DNA from: Candidatus Woesearchaeota archaeon
GTDB lineage: Archaea; Nanobdellota; Nanobdellia; Pacearchaeales; GW2011-AR1
Direction of reading: 5' to 3'
Length of the DNA: 56,592 bases
Assembly: GCA_964364885.1 (NCBI GenBank)
Contig: CAYIOA010000001.1
Coordinates: forward strand, 1 to 56,592
Every line of letters starts with the position of its first letter. The stretch's first letter is position 1. Below are positions 1 through 8,050 of this stretch, piece by piece. Position numbers and translations under genes: made by a program. The notes below the pieces were generated by a model that was given only the letters and a program-made list of their open reading frames with translations, ran no database searches and was not told the DNA's origin.

Positions 1-11
1 CAATAAAAAAT

Positions 12-1142
12 CTATTTAAACTCAAGGAGGTTTTCTTTTATATATAAGGAAAGTTTTTCAGACACAAAACGCGCCCCATTCTCATTAAAATGCATGTCAT
101 CATAGAAATAATCAAGTGTTTTTGGAACATCCTTATCAAGATCAATACAAAAAATATCCTTATTATTTTTACATACTTTAAGAAGTCTTTTATTAAAAGC
201 ATCTATTGAATATATCATCGTTTCTGTAGGATAATAAATCTCCCCAAAATCATTTGTCATCCAAAGACTTGCGTCTTCTTCTTGAGTCATATTCTCTTTC
301 CAAAGATATGGCTGCGTCAAAAATATAAGAGTGATATTCTTTTCTTTAGAGAGATTAATGACTCTCTTTAGATTTCTTTCATAATCTTCAAGTGCCAGAT
401 TCAAGTCAGGAGTTTCGTTTATCCAGTTTTTTGCATTTTTTCTTTTAAGTCTATTCTCAACAAGAGTATTCCCAATACCGTCTTGAGGTTTAATTTTTTT
501 AAATTTTAAGTCCAAAACCTTGTAAACATTATAAATTATAGTTGATTTCCACGTATATCCCGGGTATACACTAAAAGTATAACTCTCTGTATTATTAAAT
601 TCATTTTCATTAAAAGGTTCCCATCCTTCTTTTCTGCTTAATTTAAATAGCATGTCGTTAGCCCCAGTCAGCATAATAATTAAATCAGGTTCATAATCTT
701 TTGGAAGATATTTAAGTGCGAGTATGTTGTTTCTTAAACCATGCCCGCTTTTTCCAATATTCATTGTAATTACTTTTTTATTATCTTTTGTTTCTTTTAA
801 TTCATTCATTAAAAGGTAAGGCCATGCCTCTTCGTTATCTAAATACAAAGACTCGGAAGTGCTTCCTCCAACAATTAAGATTCTATATTCATTTTCATGC
901 TCTTTGAATTTAATGCCTCTATATCCAAGGCTGTTAATTGTAAAAACCGATTCTCCGCTTATTCCATGGAATATGCTTGAATTTGGAAAAAATACATATT
1001 CTAGATTAGGAGGCCATACATAAGAATAAGTTACTTTTGATACATTTAAATAATTGAAAATTTCAAAAATAACCAAGCCGAATATGATTGTAATAAAAAC
1101 AATAAGAAAATATACTAGCCATTTTTTAATTTTATTTTTCAT
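12..1142 (-). CDS. Membrane-anchored SGNH/GDSL-type hydrolase (esterase/lipase-like)
   Basis: N-terminal TM helix (WLVYFLIVFITIIFGLVIF). SGNH blocks seen by eye: GGSTSE (block I Ser), LTGANDM (block III GxND), DDMHFNENG (block V DxxH). Confidence 0.65.
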   Translation of the reverse strand: MKNKIKKWLVYFLIVFITIIFGLVIFEIFNYLNVSKVTYSYVWPPNLEYVFFPNSSIFHGISGESVFTINSLGYRGIKFKEHENEYRILIVGGSTSESLYLDNEEAWPYLLMNELKETKDNKKVITMNIGKSGHGLRNNILALKYLPKDYEPDLIIMLTGANDMLFKLSRKEGWEPFNENEFNNTESYTFSVYPGYTWKSTIIYNVYKVLDLKFKKIKPQDGIGNTLVENRLKRKNAKNWINETPDLNLALEDYERNLKRVINLSKEKNITLIFLTQPYLWKENMTQEEDASLWMTNDFGEIYYPTETMIYSIDAFNKRLLKVCKNNKDIFCIDLDKDVPKTLDYFYDDMHFNENGARFVSEKLSLYIKENLLEFK

Positions 1143-1379
1143 ATGCTCTCCTATTTAGTAAGAGAAATCATGTTTTAATAAATTCTGTTTCTTCAAACTT
1201 CTTTCCATCCACAAATATGGAAGATTTCATAATCAGAGGGGTTTAGCAACCTATAAAAACTTTTGGATTAATCTGACTTATGAAAATCTCTAATTGCAAT
1301 TATTCCATTACAATTGAAGTTTCGATTTAACATAATAGACAATAAAAACAATTAAAAATAACCCATAACTCATCCAGAC

Positions 1380-2774
1380 ATGCTAAGAACACATACCTGC
1401 GGGGAATTAAGGAAAGATCATATAGGAAAAAGTGTAAAGCTCTGTGGATGGGTTGACACAATAAGAGAACACGGAAGTCTTATTTTTATTGACCTCCGCG
1501 ACCGTTATGGTAAAACGCAGGTAATCGTCACAAAATCCTGCAGGGATTTTCAAAAAGCTAAATCGCTCTCCTTAGAATCAAGTGCTAAAATTCAAGGGAA
1601 AGTTCAAGCAAGAAAATCAGGCACAGAAAATAAAAATATTGAAACAGGAGAGATTGAAATTTTTGCAGAAGCTCTTGAAATATACAACAAGGCGCCTCTC
1701 CTTCCTTTTGAAATAAACGATTTAAAAGTCTCAGAGGATGTAAAGTTAAAAAATCGCTATTTGGATCTTCGCAATATGAAATTACAGCAGAATCTTATAA
1801 CACGGCACAAAATTTATAGCACATTATTTGAATTCCTGACAAAACAAGGGTTTATTTGGGTTGACACTCCTATGCTTGCAAAAAGCACGCCAGAAGGCGC
1901 GCGCGACTACATTGTTCCAAGCAGAGTAAATCCTGGAAAATTCTATGCCCTGCCTCAAAGCCCCCAGCTATTCAAGCAATTATTAATGGTCTCTGGTTTT
2001 GACAGATATTTTCAAATTGCCAGATGTTTCCGTGATGAAGATTTAAGAGCCGACAGACAGCCGGAATTTACGCAATTAGACATAGAAATGTCTTTTATTG
2101 ACGTTGAAGACATCATAGCTGAAATGGAATCTCTTTTCAGGCATATCTTCAAACAAGTGCTGGATATAAACATCAAAACTCCATTTCCTCGTATCTCGTA
2201 TGAAGAAGCAATGAAAAAATACAAGACAGACGCTCCAGACATAAGAAAAAACAAATCTGATAAAAATGAATACGCGTTTGTCTGGGTTGTTGATTTCCCC
2301 GCGTTTGAATACAACAAAGAAGACAAACGCTGGTATGCTGTTCACCATCCATTCACATCACCTGAAGACAACGCCGATTTCTCAAACCCAGGAAAAATAA
2401 AAGCTAAAGCCTACGACCTGGTGTTAAACGGAAGTGAAATTGGCGGCGGCTCAATCAGAATTCACAATCACGAAATGCAGAACAAAGTATTTGAAACTCT
2501 CGGGATATCTAAAAAAGAAGCGCAGAATAAATTCAGTTTTCTTCTTGAAGCCCTCTCTTACGGCGCCCCGCCCCATGGAGGCATTGCTTTCGGTTTAGAC
2601 CGCATAACCGCCATAATGACACACTCTGAATCAATCCGTGATGTTATCGCCTTCCCAAAAAATAAAGCAGCACAAGACATAATGCTAGATGCTCCCTCTG
2701 AAGTTTCTCCAGAACAACTGAAAGAAACCCACATTCAAGTTAACCTGCCAAAGCAGGAAAAAAAGAAAAAATAG
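1380..2774 (+). CDS. aspS: Aspartyl-tRNA synthetase, bacterial-type but lacking the GAD insertion domain
   Basis: N-terminal LRTHTCGELR, QSPQLFKQLLM, class II motif 2 FRDEDLRADRQPEFTQLDIEMSF, HHPFTSP, motif 3 GGIAFGLDR. Only 464 aa. Confidence 0.9.
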   Translation: MLRTHTCGELRKDHIGKSVKLCGWVDTIREHGSLIFIDLRDRYGKTQVIVTKSCRDFQKAKSLSLESSAKIQGKVQARKSGTENKNIETGEIEIFAEALEIYNKAPLLPFEINDLKVSEDVKLKNRYLDLRNMKLQQNLITRHKIYSTLFEFLTKQGFIWVDTPMLAKSTPEGARDYIVPSRVNPGKFYALPQSPQLFKQLLMVSGFDRYFQIARCFRDEDLRADRQPEFTQLDIEMSFIDVEDIIAEMESLFRHIFKQVLDINIKTPFPRISYEEAMKKYKTDAPDIRKNKSDKNEYAFVWVVDFPAFEYNKEDKRWYAVHHPFTSPEDNADFSNPGKIKAKAYDLVLNGSEIGGGSIRIHNHEMQNKVFETLGISKKEAQNKFSFLLEALSYGAPPHGGIAFGLDRITAIMTHSESIRDVIAFPKNKAAQDIMLDAPSEVSPEQLKETHIQVNLPKQEKKKK

Positions 2775-2803
2775 CTTTAAATAACCCTGAAATATATTAA
2801 AAC

Positions 2804-3229
2804 ATGAAAACAATAACTCTCCCTGAAAAAAGAATAAAAAAACTTAGAGAGGCATACACATACATAAAAGCAGATTATATCGCTTCTATTCTTTCTGAAA
2901 GCGATTTGCAGTCCATTGACAATACAAGAGGCATGACGCAGGAAGACTATATCTTCGTTGCCAGAGCAAAACGCATCGTTGAAGTTGAAAAAAAACGGCA
3001 GCTCAGAGATAAATACGACCCAATGAGAAGAACTGACCCTCATCATTACAATACTCTCGAGAGATACTGGCTTGAGCATGAAGAAATAGCCCTCAAAAAA
3101 AGATTAGGGCGCGAGCCGACAGCGCGCGAATTTGCAGAGGATTTTGAAGAAAATAAAAATGGCGAGCGATTCAAGATTTTTTATTGTCTTAAATTCCCTG
3201 AAAAAGTAGAAAAAAAGATTAAAATATGA
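2804..3229 (+). CDS. Hypothetical protein (141 aa)
   Basis: Long ORF in the same orientation as its neighbours, with a 4-nt ATGA overlap to the next ORF. No motif recognised. Confidence 0.5.
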   Translation: MKTITLPEKRIKKLREAYTYIKADYIASILSESDLQSIDNTRGMTQEDYIFVARAKRIVEVEKKRQLRDKYDPMRRTDPHHYNTLERYWLEHEEIALKKRLGREPTAREFAEDFEENKNGERFKIFYCLKFPEKVEKKIKI

Positions 3230-3459
3230 AAGAAGAACAAAAAGAAACAATACAAAAAGAAGCAAAAGAAATTCTAAGAAGATTTGCCGCATCACTTGAG
3301 AAAGTAAGCTCAAAAAAGAAGCCTTTAAAAGAGGAGTTTGGCGGCTTTAGAGAAGAAGGTTCCGGCGAATCTGCCAATCAAGAATTTAGAAAACAAATGC
3401 TCAAAAACGCCCCTGAAAAAGATAATGATTTTATAATAGCAGAAAAGAAAAAATGGTAG
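3226..3459 (+). CDS. gatC: GatC-like subunit of aspartyl/glutamyl-tRNA amidotransferase (short form)
   Basis: C-terminal FREEGSGES...MLKNAPEKDNDFIIAEK resembles the GatC signature (mReDe ... l.NAP..kdG.f.VP). Lies between aspS and gatA. Confidence 0.55.
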   Translation: MKEEQKETIQKEAKEILRRFAASLEKVSSKKKPLKEEFGGFREEGSGESANQEFRKQMLKNAPEKDNDFIIAEKKKW

Positions 3460-3752
3460 CAAATGACGATGAAAAAGTGCAGGAAGTAAAAATAAAAGCA
3501 TCAAAGCCAATAGAGCAGGTAAAAAAAGGGGATAAAATCAAAGTTGATTCTTTAGTTCTCGAAGTTGACTCGCATTATGTTTTAATGGACCATGGAAAAA
3601 CAAAAGAAATGACAATAGAATGTTTCGACCCAAAAACAGACAAAGACTATCAATTAAGATATTTCTCAGACCAGATAGAAACCAGCATGGAATTCTACCA
3701 GCTTGACGAAATTGTCTACAATAAAATTGATATAGAGAAAGTTGAGTGGTAA
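3453..3752 (+). CDS. Hypothetical protein (99 aa)
   Basis: ORF overlapping the gatC-like stop. Composition is coding-like. No motif recognised. Confidence 0.45.
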   Translation: MVANDDEKVQEVKIKASKPIEQVKKGDKIKVDSLVLEVDSHYVLMDHGKTKEMTIECFDPKTDKDYQLRYFSDQIETSMEFYQLDEIVYNKIDIEKVEW

Positions 3753-3755
3753 GAT

Positions 3756-5420
3756 TTATTTCTTGGGCGTATAACGCACTATCATCGGATTATTCCCTTC
3801 AAATAGCTCTACATCTCCCCAAAATTCCTCTCCCTGACTAAACTGAATTTCTCCGCCATAAAAATCTGTTGAAAATCTATAATCTGTCCCAGGAACTATT
3901 CTTGATGGCTCTTCAAAAGGAAGTGATACTCTGCTTGCTCTAAGTAAATGTCCATTATCTCCCACATTATACCACGCTCCATCAATTTTAACAATTGGCT
4001 CTCTGCTTTCTTTAATTATATGTGCTTCTTCAAATTCTTTATCAGCAGTCCATACATTCTCGTCCATAGAATTATTAACCAAACCCTTACAACTGCCATC
4101 GCTTAAAGAAACACTATAAATTTGAGGATATCTTCTATCGACTGACATCAGACCATATGGAAGAATTTCTTCTCCTGTATAAAAAAGATTATTTTCATAT
4201 ATTCCTAACACACTTTTCACTGGATGTATTGGTAAAACTATCTCTGTTATTGGAGGATTTTCATCCAAAACCTTGCTGATTGAAACAAGTTTTAAATTAG
4301 TATAATGCGTGTATGCAAGATGCACATCCGGAGATGCTCTCTCAAACTCAGCTTTTGCAGCAGCCCTTGTCTTTGGCTCAAAATAACATTCGTCTATTAT
4401 AACTCCTCCTAAAAGCCCGCCAGCACCGTAAAGTAAACCACATAAGAATAAACCCAGAGGTCCGCTCCCCGCAGTATCCTTCTCAGCAGACCTATATAAC
4501 CAGGACGGAAACCAAAACGGCGCACTAACTGTCAACCCTGCATACTTCGCTGTCAAACCAATAGCTCTTCCTATTCTAGAAATAACCGTATGCCCAGCAG
4601 AAACATCAAACTTTCCTTCAATACCTTTCTGGATTTCAGAACGCATATCTAAAGCATAATGATATCTCTTTTCTGGATTGTTATTCGTTGCTTTATCTAT
4701 CACATCATCAAGCCATTTCGGAGAGCCGGTTTTACTTGCTTCTCCCTCTCTGTCAATAAACCTTGTTCCTGTAATCATTTCATACAATATCTGCCCAGTT
4801 TGATGAATGTCTGACTTTCTTGTAATATCTTTCCCGTTTCTATGCTCGGGAGTGAAATATAAAACACTTCCCTCAGTAAACTTTGGCTGTTTGCCCTGAT
4901 GCATTAATGACGCAGACTGCAGCATTGAACGGGCATATGCCTCTGGATCACCAATAGTCTGAGTATTAAAATCGCTAAGTTTGATACAATTATCACGAAG
5001 TAGAACATTTGATGGCTTTAAATCACCATGAACCTCTCCATTTTTGTGTATAAAATCAAGCGCCTCCAACATTTGTCTGGTATAATCTGCCGCAATTCCC
5101 CAGCCAATTTTTCCATTCTGTTCAATCAATGATTTTAAAGAAGTGTCGCAATACTCAACAACTATATATGGATTATTCGCATGAACATCAGCATCATAAA
5201 CATCAACTATGCCTGCATGATTCCCAACTTTCGCAAGTTTATCCGCCTCTCTGCTCAATCTTTCCTGCTGCGAGAAATCATTCAAAACTTTAACTGCCAC
5301 AGGACGATCTATTTGCTTATGCTTTCCTCTGAACACAGTTAAAAAAGCCCCCTCTCCAATTTTCTCTTCTATTAAATACTCTCCCAACTCTTTCCCTACT
5401 AATTCGTCCAATGTTTCCAT
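3756..5420 (-). CDS. Membrane-spanning Ser/Thr protein kinase with a C-terminal non-kinase domain
   Basis: Hanks kinase motifs GEGAFLTVF...VAVKVL (Gly loop and Lys) and HGDLKPSNVLL (catalytic loop). Hydrophobic segments PFWFPSWLY and GLFLCGLLYGAGGLLGGVII. About 210-aa C-terminal domain of unknown type. Confidence 0.85.
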   Translation of the reverse strand: METLDELVGKELGEYLIEEKIGEGAFLTVFRGKHKQIDRPVAVKVLNDFSQQERLSREADKLAKVGNHAGIVDVYDADVHANNPYIVVEYCDTSLKSLIEQNGKIGWGIAADYTRQMLEALDFIHKNGEVHGDLKPSNVLLRDNCIKLSDFNTQTIGDPEAYARSMLQSASLMHQGKQPKFTEGSVLYFTPEHRNGKDITRKSDIHQTGQILYEMITGTRFIDREGEASKTGSPKWLDDVIDKATNNNPEKRYHYALDMRSEIQKGIEGKFDVSAGHTVISRIGRAIGLTAKYAGLTVSAPFWFPSWLYRSAEKDTAGSGPLGLFLCGLLYGAGGLLGGVIIDECYFEPKTRAAAKAEFERASPDVHLAYTHYTNLKLVSISKVLDENPPITEIVLPIHPVKSVLGIYENNLFYTGEEILPYGLMSVDRRYPQIYSVSLSDGSCKGLVNNSMDENVWTADKEFEEAHIIKESREPIVKIDGAWYNVGDNGHLLRASRVSLPFEEPSRIVPGTDYRFSTDFYGGEIQFSQGEEFWGDVELFEGNNPMIVRYTPKK

Positions 5421-5586
5421 AGAATTATGACATATATAACTCTTTTAAGCTTTTCTATAAGTTACCATTATCCAGATATGACTCTGTCTTAAAAAATGGC
5501 AACAAACTTTAAATAACATCTTTCTCAATCAAAACCATGAATTCAGTAGTCCACTTTGAAATTCCTTTTGATGATAAAGCCCGCGT

Positions 5587-5770
5587 AATCAAAAAGTCCT
5601 TGTGCATTACCGCACACTAAAGTGTGCGGTTTGTTGGACTCATCAAAGTCCATAGGACTTTGAGTGCCGTCAAGAATCCGACTTTGGAGGATTCTTGAGG
5701 TTTGGATGTCTAAAGTTGCATTCGTCTGCGGACTTTAGTCCGCAGTTTTCCGCTCAGCAATCTTGACATA
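5587..5770 (+). repeat. Modular nested-hairpin repeat, copy A (long, four-hairpin form)
   Basis: Shares the 5' end AATCAAAAAGTCCTTG, the hairpins CCGCACAC-TAAA-GTGTGCGG and CTGCGGAC-TTTA-GTCCGCAG, and the 3' end CTTGACATAAA with copies at 11159, 41409 and 54462. Has two extra hairpins: CAAAGTCC-ATA-GGACTTTG and CAAGAATCC-(9 nt)-GGATTCTTG. Confidence 0.8.
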
Positions 5771-5807
5771 AACTAAACTTTATTAACTCCCTTATTCTTC
5801 ATTAAAA

Positions 5808-7109
5808 ATGCATCTCGAGTCAAAAGTAAAATCATACCTTGATAAAATAAAAAAAGAAGACAAAAAAATAAACTCATTTCTCCACTTAAATTCCAATGCA
5901 ATTGAAGAAGCAAAAATTATTGAAAGGAAAAAGGAAAAAGGAAAACTCTACGGCAAGATAATAGGAATAAAGTCAAATATAAATGTCAAAGGTCTTATAA
6001 CAAACTGCGCCTCAAAAACGCTTGAAAACTACACCGCCCCTTACGACGCAACTGTAATAAAGAAAATAAAAGATGAAGATGGCTTAATTATCGGCATGAC
6101 GAACATGGATGAATTTGCCGCAGGCTCGTCAGGCGAAAATTCAGCCTTCGGCCCGACGCAAAATCCCAAAGCTCCCGGCAAAATCCCCGGCGGTTCTTCT
6201 TCAGGAAGCGCTGCGGCAGTAGCAGCAGATTTCTGCGACATCTCACTCGGCAGCGACACTGGCGGCTCAATAAGAAATCCTTCAAGCCAATGTGGAGTGA
6301 TTGGTCTGAAACCTTCTTACGGATTAGTCTCCCGCTATGGTCTAATTGATTTATCTATGTCCTTAGACCAAATAGGTCCGATAGCAAAAACTGTCGATGA
6401 CATAGAATTAATGCTGAATATAATAAAAGGCAGAGACGACAAAGACACGACAACCGTAGAATCACAACAAAAAACAAGCAAAAAAGAAGTAACAATAGGA
6501 GTATTAACAATAAAAAATGTAGACAGTAAAATTCAAGAGTTGCTCAATAAAAAAATAGGCTCAATAAAAAGTAAATACAAATGGAAAACAAAAAATGTTA
6601 AAATAAAGCATATTGATTTGGCAGTCCAAACTTATTACTTAATGGTTTATACAGAATTCTTCTCGGCAACAAGACGCTTTGACGGTCGGCGCTATGGAAA
6701 AAAGATAGAAGATTTTTCAGGCGCAGAAGTTTTAAGAAGAATCCTAGGCGGCTCTGAAATTGCAAAAGCAGAATTTGAAGGAAAATACTATGAAAAAGCC
6801 CGCCAAGTCAAAGAACTAATAAAAGAAGAATTTGAATCTGTATTCAAAGAGGTGGACTGCATAATGCTTCCCACGCTTCCAAATCTTCCTTGGGATATAG
6901 GAGCCAAAAAAATGAAGCCGGAAAAAATCTATGCTTATGATGCATTAACAATTCCAGTCAATCTAGCAGAGGCGTGTGCAATCTCTATGCCTGCAGGGAC
7001 AATAAACAAAATCCCAATTGGCTTGCAGATTATCTGCGCCAGAGAACAAGATAGTCTTCTCATAAGTCTTTCAAAAAAAGTTGAAACAACATCACAATTA
7101 AATTTATAA
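5808..7109 (+). CDS. gatA: Aspartyl/glutamyl-tRNA amidotransferase subunit A (amidase family)
   Basis: Amidase signature GGSSSGSAAAVAA and GSDTGGSIRNPS. 433 aa. Confidence 0.85.
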   Translation: MHLESKVKSYLDKIKKEDKKINSFLHLNSNAIEEAKIIERKKEKGKLYGKIIGIKSNINVKGLITNCASKTLENYTAPYDATVIKKIKDEDGLIIGMTNMDEFAAGSSGENSAFGPTQNPKAPGKIPGGSSSGSAAAVAADFCDISLGSDTGGSIRNPSSQCGVIGLKPSYGLVSRYGLIDLSMSLDQIGPIAKTVDDIELMLNIIKGRDDKDTTTVESQQKTSKKEVTIGVLTIKNVDSKIQELLNKKIGSIKSKYKWKTKNVKIKHIDLAVQTYYLMVYTEFFSATRRFDGRRYGKKIEDFSGAEVLRRILGGSEIAKAEFEGKYYEKARQVKELIKEEFESVFKEVDCIMLPTLPNLPWDIGAKKMKPEKIYAYDALTIPVNLAEACAISMPAGTINKIPIGLQIICAREQDSLLISLSKKVETTSQLNL

Positions 7110-7128
7110 CACAAGTTAGTTCTAGAAT

Positions 7129-7218
7129 ATCCTCGTGGTTGCTGGAACTCCTAGAAACCCGCTGGAGGTTTGTATCCTCGTGGTTGCTGGAACTCCTAGA
7201 AACCCGCTGGAGGTTTGT
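7129..7218. repeat. Perfect 2 x 45-bp tandem duplication (ATCCTCGTGGTTGCTGGAACTCCTAGAAACCCGCTGGAGGTTTGT)
   Basis: Units 7129-7173 and 7174-7218 are identical base for base. The repeat ends 2 nt before the ATG at 7221. Confidence 0.97.
7209..7214 (+). promoter_or_regulatory. Shine-Dalgarno-like GGAGGT, 6 nt upstream of the ATG at 7221 (duplicate copy at 7164-7169)
   Basis: GGAGGT followed by TTGTAG then ATG. The same hexamer recurs in the upstream repeat unit. Confidence 0.5.
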
Positions 7219-7220
7219 AG

Positions 7221-7892
7221 ATGGAAATTAAAGATATAAAACTAGATTTCCTAGGGCATTCAGGTTTTCTAATTAACGAAAGTTCTGGAAAAAAGATTGC
7301 AATAGATCCATACAACATTTCGGAAAACATCCAAAAAGTTGATTTTATACTAATAACCCACAGCCATTACGACCATTGCAGTATCAAAGACATAGAAAAA
7401 ATATCTAAGGAAGGCACAATCATTGTTATTCCGCCGGATGCGCAAAGCAAAATAACAAAAATAGAAAATGTAGAAATGCAGATTATTGAAGTAGGTGACG
7501 AGCTGACTTTCGGAAATATAAAAATAGAAGCGCTTCCGTCATATAATGTCGGCAAAGAATTCCATCCAAAAAGCGAGGGCTGGATTGGGTACTTAATAAA
7601 AATCAACAACGTTATCATCTATCATGCAGGTGACACTGATAAAATCCCAGAGATGAATAAATTAACAGGTTACGGAAAACATGGAAATTCTTTTATAACT
7701 CTCCTCCCGGTATCAGGAACATATGTTATGGATGCAGAAGAAGCAGCAGAAGTGGCATCTATTCTAAGTCCAGAAATTGCAATTCCAATGCATTACGGTG
7801 CTGGTGTCGCCGGCACAAAAGAAGACGCAGAGAAATTCTTGAAATTATGCTCTGAGTTGAACATAAAAGCTGAAATTCTGGAAAAGATATAG
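7221..7892 (+). CDS. Metallo-beta-lactamase-fold hydrolase (UPF0173-like)
   Basis: LGHSGFLI near the N-terminus and ITHSHYDHC (HxHxDH metal motif). 223 aa. Confidence 0.8.
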   Translation: MEIKDIKLDFLGHSGFLINESSGKKIAIDPYNISENIQKVDFILITHSHYDHCSIKDIEKISKEGTIIVIPPDAQSKITKIENVEMQIIEVGDELTFGNIKIEALPSYNVGKEFHPKSEGWIGYLIKINNVIIYHAGDTDKIPEMNKLTGYGKHGNSFITLLPVSGTYVMDAEEAAEVASILSPEIAIPMHYGAGVAGTKEDAEKFLKLCSELNIKAEILEKI

Positions 7893-8050
7893 TCAAATAG
7901 AATTAAAAGACAAAGAAAAATTCGAGAAAGAATTAAAAAATACATAATCTTTATTTTTCCGACAAATACTATTAACAACAATCAAATATATAAAGGGAAA
8001 GGATTTAATTTTTCAAACCTCTAAAGAAGTGAAAGGGGGTAGACAAATAA

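Noticed and set aside
2012-2348. Antisense ORFs inside aspS (2012-2326 and 2076-2348). Similar shadow ORFs lie inside gatA (6041-6285), ftsZ (8005-8595), mnmA (9796-10795), mcm (14204-16129), valS (19354-20798), the ATPase gene (42919-44072) and alaS (51113-51580).
   Set aside because: Each is fully embedded antisense to a gene with strong motif support. Their translations are low-complexity (Ser/Leu/Phe/Ile-rich) with no recognisable motifs, as expected for shadow ORFs in AT-rich DNA.
7129-7218. Possible CRISPR array or iteron array
   Set aside because: There are only two directly abutting identical units with no spacers, and no cas genes in the window. It is a simple tandem duplication.
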